Below, in pieces: positions 18,662-27,211 of a stretch of DNA of 64,000 nt. Position 1 is the first letter of the stretch. Each line of letters opens with the position of its first letter. This DNA comes from Candidatus Bathyarchaeota archaeon RBG_16_48_13. Lineage in GTDB: Archaea; Thermoproteota; Bathyarchaeia; RBG-16-48-13. Position numbers and translations under genes: made by a program. Below the pieces are notes generated by a model that did not search any database, had not been told where the DNA came from, and saw only the letters and a list, made by a program, of their open reading frames with translations. Location of the stretch: positions 110,971-174,970 of the forward strand of contig MEZH01000007.1 in NCBI GenBank assembly GCA_001775995.1, in the 5' to 3' direction.

Positions 18662-19294
18662 CTAGAGGGTATACACCTCAGACTTGCAGTTCCGGCCGTC
18701 TACCTTGATGATTCTATGCTCTCCAGTCTTTTTCCAGCAATATTTCGCATAAAATATCGGGACGTACACAATTCTGATATGATGAATATGAGAATTCACA
18801 ATGATGGAAGCTTCATTCTTTCCCTTGTTATGTAGTCCTCTAAATGTTTCAATGGCCTTTCTCACGCTGACATCCGATTTCAGGAATTCTTCTCTATGTT
18901 CTTCGTAGAAGGTCCTGCTTAACCCTGTGAGAGAATTGAAGGGAGATGGGTCGTCCACTTCTTTGCCAGCCTTGTTAAGTATTAGAACTACATCCATTTC
19001 ATGGAAATCATCTACGCCCGAGGACACGTCCAGTAAAGGTCCATCTTTGCTATTAAGTCGAGACCTCTCGCGGATTTCCTTTGATCCATGAATCAATATA
19101 TATGGTTCGTAATACATTTTGAATTCTGTACAGGTAATTTCATCAGGATCAGGCCTATGAAAAAACTTTAGCCTGCCAAAGGCGTGGGTTTTATGTCTTT
19201 CCGCCTCTTCCCATGCCTTAGTTCGATCGACCTCAGATCGGATAAGGAAGTAGCTGCGTTTCACCCTATCCTGAATCAAGTCAGCTTCACCCAT
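18662..19294 (-). CDS. Hypothetical protein
   Basis: 210-aa ORF 3 nt downstream of the ABC ATPase; no recognisable catalytic motif. Confidence 0.7.
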   Translation of the reverse strand: MGEADLIQDRVKRSYFLIRSEVDRTKAWEEAERHKTHAFGRLKFFHRPDPDEITCTEFKMYYEPYILIHGSKEIRERSRLNSKDGPLLDVSSGVDDFHEMDVVLILNKAGKEVDDPSPFNSLTGLSRTFYEEHREEFLKSDVSVRKAIETFRGLHNKGKNEASIIVNSHIHHIRIVYVPIFYAKYCWKKTGEHRIIKVDGRNCKSEVYTL

Positions 19295-19297
19295 TAT

Positions 19298-20014
19298 TCA
19301 GGATCTCTGTAGGTTTGCAAGAATCTCACGTTGTTCGTCGATCTTAGTGATCTGTCCATTTTCAATTCTAGCTATCTTATTGCTTAATCTAATCACGCGG
19401 ATATCATGGCTCACGCATATCAACGTAACGTGTTGGTTCTTCAACTTCTGGAACAATCTGATTACATTAGCGCCTGTTTCAAGGTCGAGGTTACTCGTTG
19501 GCTCATCGGCCAAGAGCAAAGGAGGACTATTGACCAACGCCCTGGCAATGACCACCATTTGCTTTTCTCCTTCAGAGAGTTCTGATGGAAGATTATTCGC
19601 TTTTCCTTCCAGACCCAGTTCTCTGAGAAGCTGTACAACCTTGCCAGTGCAATCCTCTTTTGAGTAGCCATCGAACATCAAAGGTAAAAAGATGTTTTCT
19701 GCTACAGAAAGATGGCATAATAGTTTGTATTCTTGTGGAATGTATCCTAACGCCTTTCGTCGGAAAGAAGCCGATTGATCCTCATTCATTTGCGTAAAGT
19801 CTTGTCCATCGATTCTTATATAACCTGAAGAAGGTCTCAGAAATCCTCCGATTAAGTTAAGGAGGAGGGTTTTGCCGCTATGACTTGGGCCTACTATGGA
19901 AAACCATTCACCCCGCTTTACATTAAGGTTCATGATCTTTATGTCCAAAGTCTTTACTGTCCCGGAGCGCGTTCTTTCCAACCTTGCTATTTCTACGTGG
20001 ATTGTTTCTCCCAT
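19298..20014 (-). CDS. ABC ATP-binding protein (LolD/MacB-like)
   Basis: Walker A GPSHSGKT, signature LSEGEKQ, LADEPTSNLD, VSHD. Confidence 0.9.
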   Translation of the reverse strand: MGETIHVEIARLERTRSGTVKTLDIKIMNLNVKRGEWFSIVGPSHSGKTLLLNLIGGFLRPSSGYIRIDGQDFTQMNEDQSASFRRKALGYIPQEYKLLCHLSVAENIFLPLMFDGYSKEDCTGKVVQLLRELGLEGKANNLPSELSEGEKQMVVIARALVNSPPLLLADEPTSNLDLETGANVIRLFQKLKNQHVTLICVSHDIRVIRLSNKIARIENGQITKIDEQREILANLQRS

Positions 20015-20115
20015 TTATCGCACCATGTCGTTATTTATTGTGGAATTGCCATGACTTTGTTGAACCAGTTTCTTAATGTGGTGGTCGCCTCATTTCGGAC
20101 ATTGTTTAATAGTAT

Positions 20116-20778
20116 ATGATCCTTATTGATTTAAGGATCAGGATGGCCAACGTCAAGAAGTCAATGAACGCAAATATCATATTCGCTGCAGACATTGTCA
20201 GAAATGGCGGTTTGATAGTTTATCCTACCGACACGGTCTACGGCATTGGCTGTGACCCCTTCAACGAAGGGGCTTTGAGGAGACTAATAAGAGTAAAGGG
20301 GAGGGAAGAAAAGCCGCTTCCAATAATGGCGTCAAACCTGAGAAACGCCAGGAGAGTAGCATCATTCACATCAGCAGAATTGAAACTGGCAAAGCATTTT
20401 TGGCCTGGCGCTTTAACCATAGTTTTGAAAAAAAAGGAGAATCTGCCTTCATTAGTAACTTTCGGACGAGATAAAGTGGGTGTTAGGGTTCCGGCTCATC
20501 CAGTAGCTAGGAGTCTTGCCAAGCTATGTGGTGGACTCTTAATAGGTACAAGTGCCAATTTGTCTGGCATGACGCCCTCTAAGACCGCTGCCGAGGCAAA
20601 CCAACAATTAGGGAAAGAAGTGGATGTCATACTGGACGCTTGCTCAACTGCGGGAGGGGTAAGTTCCACTGTGGTCGAGATGGTAGGATCTAAACCCAAG
20701 ATACTTAGAAGGGGCCCAATAAGTATGGCGGAAATTCGAGGAGTTCTGGACTCTGGTGAAGATCATGGAAGAGTTTAA
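20116..20778 (+). CDS. sua5: L-threonylcarbamoyladenylate synthase (short YrdC/TsaC form)
   Basis: YPTDTVYGIG, KGREEKPL, WPGALT, TSANLSG. Confidence 0.93.
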   Translation: MILIDLRIRMANVKKSMNANIIFAADIVRNGGLIVYPTDTVYGIGCDPFNEGALRRLIRVKGREEKPLPIMASNLRNARRVASFTSAELKLAKHFWPGALTIVLKKKENLPSLVTFGRDKVGVRVPAHPVARSLAKLCGGLLIGTSANLSGMTPSKTAAEANQQLGKEVDVILDACSTAGGVSSTVVEMVGSKPKILRRGPISMAEIRGVLDSGEDHGRV

Positions 20779-21289
20779 CCTCTTGATCGCTACTTCAAGA
20801 GGTAATGAACGAGCCGCGGCGATGGAGACAGTCGCTCTCTTGAGAGGAGTGGGTGACTCCGCAGCTCGGGCCGATAGAATTTCCATTGTTGGCCTAGTCG
20901 TGGCTCAGACTATTCTCTGTCCCTCTGACGCTATTCAGAAATTGCGTTCATTACTGAAAACAAAACCGGAGCTTTTCAGGTATATTCTGAAGATCACACC
21001 CCTTGACTGGGTAGTGCCAACAGATATGGAATCGATAAAGTCAGTCTGTCAAGAAATGGCCACTCACCTTGGAAAGGATGAAACTTTCAGGATTACGGTC
21101 AACAAGAGACATAGCCAACTGTTATCGTCGGAGATCATTGAAGTTGTCGCAGCATCAATTGACAGAAGGGTAAAGCTTGAAAATCCAGATAAAGTAGTTC
21201 TGATCGAGATTCTTGGGCATATAGCCGGCATCTCAGTTATTAGACCTAGAGATGTCTTATCGGTCCTCAAAGAGAGATTCTCTGATTAA
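20765..21289 (+). CDS. Stand-alone THUMP-domain protein
   Basis: ETFRITVNKR, VKLENPDKVVLIEILG; GGTGA SD before ATG 20765. Confidence 0.85.
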   Translation: MEEFNLLIATSRGNERAAAMETVALLRGVGDSAARADRISIVGLVVAQTILCPSDAIQKLRSLLKTKPELFRYILKITPLDWVVPTDMESIKSVCQEMATHLGKDETFRITVNKRHSQLLSSEIIEVVAASIDRRVKLENPDKVVLIEILGHIAGISVIRPRDVLSVLKERFSD

Positions 21290-21849
21290 TGTCTTATTCC
21301 AAGCAGAGCGACACGTTCTATGACTAGTTTCTCAAGAGCTTCAGCACCTTGGGAGGAATAGCTCATTGATTCGAGTTCAGAAGGCGTTATTTCGTAAATT
21401 CTAGAGAGTTCATCTAATCTCTCTTTATTTGACATCTCAGGGTTATCGTCGGTTTTACCTCCTATGAGCTGAACAAGCTTGCGAAAAGTGGCGGCCAGTG
21501 ATGACTTCTCTGCGCCCAGCAGAACCACTGTCACATTCTGCGTTTCAGGCTTCACGCCTACCATTGAAATAGCCTTCTTGATTTGTCTCTGGCCCGAAAC
21601 AAACAAGAGGAACTCTACAGCCAGCCTCTTCGAGATATTGTTCCCGTTCTCGAAGGCTCTCAAGGCATTGACGGCTGAGAAGAGCAAATGCTCAATCCCG
21701 GCTACTGAGCGAGAATCCAAGAATTGGCAGGAGTCTATGTCTTCACGAAAGGGTATTTCATTCATTGTATGTTCAAGTTTTGCATAATCGAAGTTCCTTA
21801 TCCATCCTACCAAGATGTTGATTTTAAAGTGATCAAGATACATTAGCAT
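21286..21849 (-). CDS. cgi121: KEOPS complex subunit Cgi121
   Basis: HLLFSAVNALRAF, VEFLLFVSGQRQIKKAI..GV, ERVALL. Confidence 0.9.
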   Translation of the reverse strand: MLMYLDHFKINILVGWIRNFDYAKLEHTMNEIPFREDIDSCQFLDSRSVAGIEHLLFSAVNALRAFENGNNISKRLAVEFLLFVSGQRQIKKAISMVGVKPETQNVTVVLLGAEKSSLAATFRKLVQLIGGKTDDNPEMSNKERLDELSRIYEITPSELESMSYSSQGAEALEKLVIERVALLGIRH

Positions 21850-21851
21850 TG

Positions 21852-22148
21852 CTATCCACCATGGGCCACCGGTACGAAGACCACTTGGTCACCGCCCTTG
21901 ACTTTTGTTTCAGTGCCATTCTTTGTATTGATCTCCTTTCCGTTGACGACAATTAATGATGGAACTTCATTAGCCTTAGCAGGATCCCTGGAGAAGATGT
22001 AATTTACCTTGATCCCATAATAGGAGTCCAAGCGCGTTATTAGATCAGATACCGTAATGGGATCAACAAGACTTATCTCAAGGAATCTTTCTGGAAGGAA
22101 TTTTGCCAGCACACCCATAAATCCTACTTTCAAGGGATCTTTGTTCAA
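21852..22148 (-). CDS. MoaD/ThiS/SAMP-family ubiquitin-like protein
   Basis: C-terminal VPVAHGG, IVVNGKEI; TTG 22148 with GGAGG 7 nt upstream. Confidence 0.9.
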   Translation of the reverse strand: MNKDPLKVGFMGVLAKFLPERFLEISLVDPITVSDLITRLDSYYGIKVNYIFSRDPAKANEVPSLIVVNGKEINTKNGTETKVKGGDQVVFVPVAHGG

Positions 22149-22162
22149 GAAGAGACCTCCTG

Positions 22163-23026
22163 TTAATCCTCCAGAACACATGTTTCTTCGTCGTATCTCT
22201 TATTCTTGAATCCGCTCCTGAGAGGGGTAAAAGTTGGTCTTCTATTTCTTAGATGATTGACTAACCATGAGTCAGCCTCTTCCACGGATATTGAGATATC
22301 GGTGAGAAGGTCCAATGGAACTTCTATGTTGATAGGGCGGGCGGGAATTATATGGCGGGTAGCTTTGGGAGAAAAAAGTCGGCCAGACTTGGCGACGCCA
22401 ATGACCTCGCTTTTTTTTATTACTGGTGTCATCAAGACCAAATCGACCCCGCCAAGTCGCAGTTTCTTCATGGACTCGAATTCTGTTTCGTATCTGACGG
22501 AGCAACCTTCAGCAACCAACGCTTCCTCTATCAAGTTGATCACATCGTAGGATTCATCTATGCGCTTGATTTCAGACCCCACCGTATACGACTTGTTGTT
22601 GCTGGCTAGAATTGCAGTTATTTCTCTGGCCTTCAGACCATTGAAGGCATCATCTAGTCTTGAAGAAGAAGAAGAATCAATGCCTAGTTCAGTTATTGAT
22701 GCGATCAAGCTCTCAATGGGCTGAGGCGTTCTAAATGTCCGGTACCACGCGGCCAAATCGATTGACGGGTCTGAGTAGTCAATGAGGCAAGCAGAGATCC
22801 TCAGGCAATGGAGATTCTTGAGCGCGGAGACTCTATGCATTCCATCTAATACAACAAGGGAGTTTCTGTCAACCGTAACTGGCTGAGAGAAATAGCCTTG
22901 TTCTCTTATACACCTGGAGAGCTCATTGAGTATGTTGAGACGGGTCTCTTCATGAGGAGCTATCGAACTCATATCGAGGATTCCCAATCCCAGATTCAAA
23001 CCCTTGCATCTAAAGTTCAGGGGCAA
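22163..23026 (-). CDS. serK: ParB/Srx-fold kinase, SerK (free serine kinase)-like
   Basis: PHEE, LDGMHR, WY and GRLFSPKATRHIIP follow the motif order of Thermococcus SerK (PHE, DGHHR, WY, FSPKTTRH), compared from memory. Confidence 0.7.
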   Translation of the reverse strand: MPLNFRCKGLNLGLGILDMSSIAPHEETRLNILNELSRCIREQGYFSQPVTVDRNSLVVLDGMHRVSALKNLHCLRISACLIDYSDPSIDLAAWYRTFRTPQPIESLIASITELGIDSSSSSRLDDAFNGLKAREITAILASNNKSYTVGSEIKRIDESYDVINLIEEALVAEGCSVRYETEFESMKKLRLGGVDLVLMTPVIKKSEVIGVAKSGRLFSPKATRHIIPARPINIEVPLDLLTDISISVEEADSWLVNHLRNRRPTFTPLRSGFKNKRYDEETCVLED

Positions 23027-23031
23027 AGAGA

Positions 23032-23994
23032 TCAGCCTGTTGACAGCACTTTGATTTGCTTGTTGACGTACTTACCATCTAGCAGTTTCAAGGCACCTCT
23101 GAGCGTTGGAGCTGAGGTTGTTCCTTTAGATTGAAGCGTTACAGCTGCGACAGCATTTGCGAAACGTGCTACTTTCTTCAAGGACCATTTCTTGACTAGA
23201 CCATAGATGAACCCTGCATCAAAAGCATCGCCCGCGCCAGTGGTGTCCACTACGGGAACTCTATATGATGGGACATGTATTTCCTCTCCTGCGCAAGTCT
23301 TTATCAGACATCCCATGGGTCCCAATTTAATGACCGCTGTTCCTACTCCCATATCAAGGAGTGCGGATGCTGATTCAGCAGGATCTGCCTTACCGGTTAT
23401 CATTTCGGCCTCCTTTTCATTGGGTAAGAAGAAATCAACGAATTCCAGTAGATTGTTCACACTCCAAAGGCCTTTTACATCCCATGCCACGTCAAAGGTC
23501 GTCACAAGTCCGAGTTCTTTGGCTTTCTTCAATATCTCCTCAGCGGGCTTCCCCTCAAGATCCGGGACCAAGTAGTAGGCACTCAGGTGAAAGATTTTAG
23601 CACTGGGAAATCTCTCAAGAGTTATATCTTCAACTTTGAGGCTAGAGTTGGCGCCTATGTAGTGGATAACGCCTCGTTCCCCTTGGAGGTTGGACGCAAT
23701 CAACGAGACAGAAGTTGGAATCTCACAGAATGATACATTGGAGACATTAATCTTCTTTTTTCTTAAGGAATTCAGCAGGGCTCGTCCAAGTGTATCCCGT
23801 CCGACTTTGCCGATTAGGGCAGTATTTATCCCCAACTTCGTCAGACAGATGGCGAAATTCGCAGCATTTCCACCTATGATCGGTTCTATAGCAGCCCTTG
23901 TTTCAACATGTTCGCCCCATTCAGGGAACATCCTGATATTAGTGGCTATAAAGTCTGCAACGATGTTTCCTACAGCTATGACTTGACTATGCAA
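23032..23994 (-). CDS. PfkB/ribokinase-family carbohydrate kinase
   Basis: GGNAAN, IGKVGRD, VDTTGAGDAF. Confidence 0.92.
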   Translation of the reverse strand: MHSQVIAVGNIVADFIATNIRMFPEWGEHVETRAAIEPIIGGNAANFAICLTKLGINTALIGKVGRDTLGRALLNSLRKKKINVSNVSFCEIPTSVSLIASNLQGERGVIHYIGANSSLKVEDITLERFPSAKIFHLSAYYLVPDLEGKPAEEILKKAKELGLVTTFDVAWDVKGLWSVNNLLEFVDFFLPNEKEAEMITGKADPAESASALLDMGVGTAVIKLGPMGCLIKTCAGEEIHVPSYRVPVVDTTGAGDAFDAGFIYGLVKKWSLKKVARFANAVAAVTLQSKGTTSAPTLRGALKLLDGKYVNKQIKVLSTG

Positions 23995-24020
23995 TTCTCT
24001 CCCTTACATAAGAAGAAGCT

Positions 24021-24239
24021 TCACGCAGACGGCGTTTCCGCACCTTCTTCCTTCATCTCAATCCTCTTGAGTCGTGATATGTAGCCAGCCACTTTGTTTC
24101 TGATCGTTTTTGTGGAACCGATTGCCAGTTCCTCGACAAGACGTTTATTCGTATCGAAATCGGTCGTAAACTTATCATGATGTTTGTTCATCAAATCTTT
24201 TGCCAAGTTCTTAACGGATTCTGTACGGACTTTTCCCAA
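24021..24239 (-). CDS. rps17e: 30S ribosomal protein S17e
   Basis: MGKVRT, DFDTNK, RNKVAGYI. Confidence 0.96.
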   Translation of the reverse strand: MGKVRTESVKNLAKDLMNKHHDKFTTDFDTNKRLVEELAIGSTKTIRNKVAGYISRLKRIEMKEEGAETPSA

Positions 24240-24343
24240 TCGAAAACCTCAGAGTCTAAGTTTTTGTAGAATCATTCCTCATTTGAATAGCCCTTTTTAA
24301 TGTTTGCCTTTTTATAAGGATTGGCTTAACTTATGTACAGAAT

Positions 24344-25132
24344 TCAAAGAAAGAACTCTTGAAAGTTTTCGAATACCTGAGAAAGGACCTCTTCAGCATT
24401 TCTTTGCTTTATTCTAACTATGGTGTCAAGAACATCTGGAATGAATGAAGGAGAGGTTAATCTCCCTTTGAATGGCCCTTTGTAAGGTACAGGACCGTCC
24501 GTCTCTGTCAATATGTGATTGAGAGGCATTGTGGCCACTAGATCTTGGAGATATCTTGCGTAGAGAATTGATGGGCCAACAGATACATAATAGCCTCTTT
24601 CTATTATCTCATGTAGAGAATCTTGGGGGCCACTATACCAATGAAGAAGGACTTTGGGAATATTGTAAGAAGAGAGAACCTTCAAGACTTCTGTGGCGGA
24701 TCCCCTGGAATGCACTATGATCGGAAGATCATGAGATTCCGCAGCCCTCAGCATCTCATTGAATACGGGGAACTGATTTTTGTTTACCTCGCCTTCATTG
24801 AGTCTTCTATCTAGCCCCACTTCTCCTATAGCGACAATCCCACTCAGGTTCTGCTCGATCAAGCTCAAGGTTTTGTCAAGTTCCTGTTCGTCGAGGGAGG
24901 ATACCCTGCTTGGGTGGATACCTATTGCTGCATATGTTCGGGGTGAATACTTGCTGGCAATCTGTAATGTGTCAAGACTGGTTTGGTAATTTTCAGCGCA
25001 TATGACGATAGCTGAGACTCCCGCAGTTTCCGCATCCCTCAGAACAGCTTCAATTGTGCTCTCATAGAGTGGATCATAAAGATGAATATGAACATCGACG
25101 TACCTTTTCTGAACACCGTAATCCAAGACCAA
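24344..25132 (-). CDS. TatD family hydrolase
   Basis: DVHIH, GIHP, IGEVGLD, VHSR, ETDGP. Confidence 0.93.
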   Translation of the reverse strand: MVLDYGVQKRYVDVHIHLYDPLYESTIEAVLRDAETAGVSAIVICAENYQTSLDTLQIASKYSPRTYAAIGIHPSRVSSLDEQELDKTLSLIEQNLSGIVAIGEVGLDRRLNEGEVNKNQFPVFNEMLRAAESHDLPIIVHSRGSATEVLKVLSSYNIPKVLLHWYSGPQDSLHEIIERGYYVSVGPSILYARYLQDLVATMPLNHILTETDGPVPYKGPFKGRLTSPSFIPDVLDTIVRIKQRNAEEVLSQVFENFQEFFL

Positions 25133-25246
25133 AGCTCCTACGTCTTAATCTTTTATGGTCCATTAAGACGGAATAATTGAAAGGTGGCAATATTTTAGAC
25201 TTTTTCCTCAAAAGAGAGTAGTACGCGCTTATTTGTCCCATTAACC

Positions 25247-25254
25247 TTAAATAA
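25247..25254 (+). promoter_or_regulatory. Probable TATA box of the histone gene
   Basis: TTAAATAA about 30 nt upstream of the histone ATG. Confidence 0.45.
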
Positions 25255-25284
25255 TATCTTAACAGAGAAAAATATGGGATTTTC

Positions 25285-25506
25285 ATGGGAGAAGAAGATT
25301 TGCAGTTAGCTCCTATGCACCGGATAATAAAAAAGGCAGGAGCCAAAAGGGTTAGCGAAGATGGCGCGGAAGAGTTGAGAAAGGTCCTTGAAAGGGTTGG
25401 AATAAAGATCTCCAAGGAAGCGATAGATTTCGCAAATCATGCCAAGCGAAAGACCGTGAAGTCTGAAGACATAGAAATCGCAGCCAAGAAAGTCTTGAAA
25501 GAATAG
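25285..25506 (+). CDS. Archaeal histone (HMf-like)
   Basis: LAPMHRIIK, KRVS, HAKRKTVKSEDI. Confidence 0.96.
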   Translation: MGEEDLQLAPMHRIIKKAGAKRVSEDGAEELRKVLERVGIKISKEAIDFANHAKRKTVKSEDIEIAAKKVLKE

Positions 25507-25635
25507 AACGATTAATTCTAATATTATTTTCACTTTTTATCCCTCATGTTCGATACATTATGAATAGGTAGTTCTGATACCAACATTGCTTAACCGTAAT
25601 GCTCATTAATGTGTTCAATTCTTTCCCAAATCTGT

Positions 25636-25753
25636 GCTCCGGTAGTATAGCTCGGTCAAGTATTTTGGCCTCTCGTAATATGTTGGAGAAAGCCAGAAAC
25701 GCGGGTTCAAAAGCGCGGAGTGAAACCGGTTGAAAATCCCGCCCGGAGCACCA
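25636..25753 (+). tRNA. tRNA-Glu(CTC) with two introns (37/38: 25676-25690; 59/60: 25712-25736), CCA encoded
   Basis: Acceptor GCTCCGG/CCGGAGC, anticodon CTC at 25672-25674; T arm GCGGG-TTCAAAT-CCCGC restored after splicing; BHB helices CTCT/GGAG and TTCA/TGAA. Confidence 0.9.
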
Positions 25754-25799
25754 ATTCCAATATGCTAGCATCAACCATTGCCATGATAGAGGTATTGAA

Positions 25800-26396
25800 A
25801 TGGAGATGAAGGGTAAGCCCATAATTGTCGTCACTGGAACTCCAGGTGTCGGAAAGACAGCCGTGTCGAGTTATTTGGCAGCAGGACTGAAAGCAGTTCA
25901 TTTGGATCTGGCAGAGATAGCAAAAAGAAGTGAATTCTATATCGCCAAAGATCCTCAAAGGGAGACATTCATAGTTGACATTGAAAGACTGACCGAAAAT
26001 GTGGAAAGCCGCCTTAAGAATGCCAGTTCGAGAATCGTAGTGTCTGGGCACTACGCTATGGACGTTATCTCACCGAGACATAATGTTAAGGTCTTTGTCT
26101 TAAGGTGCGACCCTCAAGAACTAAAAAAGCGATTGGAAAAAAAGGGGTTTGGTCCTAGGAAAGTCGCAGAAAACGTCCAGGCCGAAATCCTCGACATCTG
26201 TTTCTTCGACGCAGCAGGAGTCTACGGAGAAGACAATGTCTACCAAATTGATGTCACTAAGAAAAACATCGTGGAGGTGTGTGCCGAAATCCAAGATTTG
26301 CTGGAAAACAGAGTAGCGCCTGAGAAAAAGGTCGATTGGTTGGGAGAATTAGAGGCGTTAGGAGTCTTGGATGACTTTTTCCGATTAAAAAGATGA
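25800..26396 (+). CDS. Adenylate kinase AK6/Fap7 family
   Basis: GTPGVGKT, SGHY, ENVQAEILD. Confidence 0.88.
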   Translation: MEMKGKPIIVVTGTPGVGKTAVSSYLAAGLKAVHLDLAEIAKRSEFYIAKDPQRETFIVDIERLTENVESRLKNASSRIVVSGHYAMDVISPRHNVKVFVLRCDPQELKKRLEKKGFGPRKVAENVQAEILDICFFDAAGVYGEDNVYQIDVTKKNIVEVCAEIQDLLENRVAPEKKVDWLGELEALGVLDDFFRLKR

Positions 26397-26400
26397 TGTT

Positions 26401-26622
26401 ATGTACTTTATCTTACCTTGCTACGGGTGTGGAAATCTCCTAATAGTAGAGGAGGAGCAGAAGACTAAGAGGTGCCCTTACTGCAATTGCCTTCTAAATC
26501 TGAGCAAGACCAGAATTCTCAGAAGGGTGTCAACATCTAGAGAAGCATCGAGGATAGTGAGAGAGATGAAATTGGCAAAGGGATGCGTCTCTGATAAAGA
26601 GAATCTCATCGAAAAGGAGTAA
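26401..26622 (+). CDS. Zn-ribbon protein (DUF1922-like)
   Basis: CYGCG..KTKRCPYC. Confidence 0.75.
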   Translation: MYFILPCYGCGNLLIVEEEQKTKRCPYCNCLLNLSKTRILRRVSTSREASRIVREMKLAKGCVSDKENLIEKE

Positions 26623-26703
26623 GAACAGAGATTATTACTGTGTTTATTAAGGTCTTCTTGACTATTGAATCTACAGCTAGCCTAGAAACAGGAGCCATAC
26701 TGC

Positions 26704-27129
26704 ATGTCCGCAATGGTAGGAAGGAAGTTTTTTGATGAACTGGCCGCGCAGATTCAGAAGAGAGTCAATTTAATCACAATAAATGCTAAGAACTATTCGG
26801 GAATTCTTGTTGGTTATGACCAAGAGTCTATGAGTGTATGTCTTGCTGACGCCAAGGACGATGCGGGAAGAATATTCCAAAGACTATTCATCAATGGAAG
26901 AATCATTGCTGAGATACAATCAATGGAAAAAGCATTTGATCTCAAAGGCTTGGCTGACAGACTTGAGAAGTACTTCCCGAAGATGGTGAAGCTTTACGAA
27001 GAGGGCAACGTCATAATGGTCATGAACAAGATAAGGGTGGGTGAGAAAGGTATAATAGAAGGAAGCGGGCCTGCGGCTGAGCGCGTCCAAAGAGTCTATG
27101 AGGAATTCCTGAAGGAACAAACCAAGTAA
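26704..27129 (+). CDS. Lsm/Sm family RNA-binding protein with C-terminal extension (SmAP3-like)
   Basis: Sm1/Sm2 (GILVGYD..LADA..FINGRII) plus Lsm-C domain (GPAAERVQRVYEEF). Confidence 0.88.
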   Translation: MSAMVGRKFFDELAAQIQKRVNLITINAKNYSGILVGYDQESMSVCLADAKDDAGRIFQRLFINGRIIAEIQSMEKAFDLKGLADRLEKYFPKMVKLYEEGNVIMVMNKIRVGEKGIIEGSGPAAERVQRVYEEFLKEQTK

Positions 27130-27211
27130 TCAATGACCCAAGAGATTTCTAACTTTATTGGCAGATGCCTTTTTTGATCTTCTCTTTTGGGTAGTATTCA
27201 GAGGTTCGGAA

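Noticed and set aside
22163-23026. ParB chromosome-partition protein
   Set aside because: No HTH or ParA neighbour; the C-terminal FSPKATRH motif points to the SerK-like kinase group.
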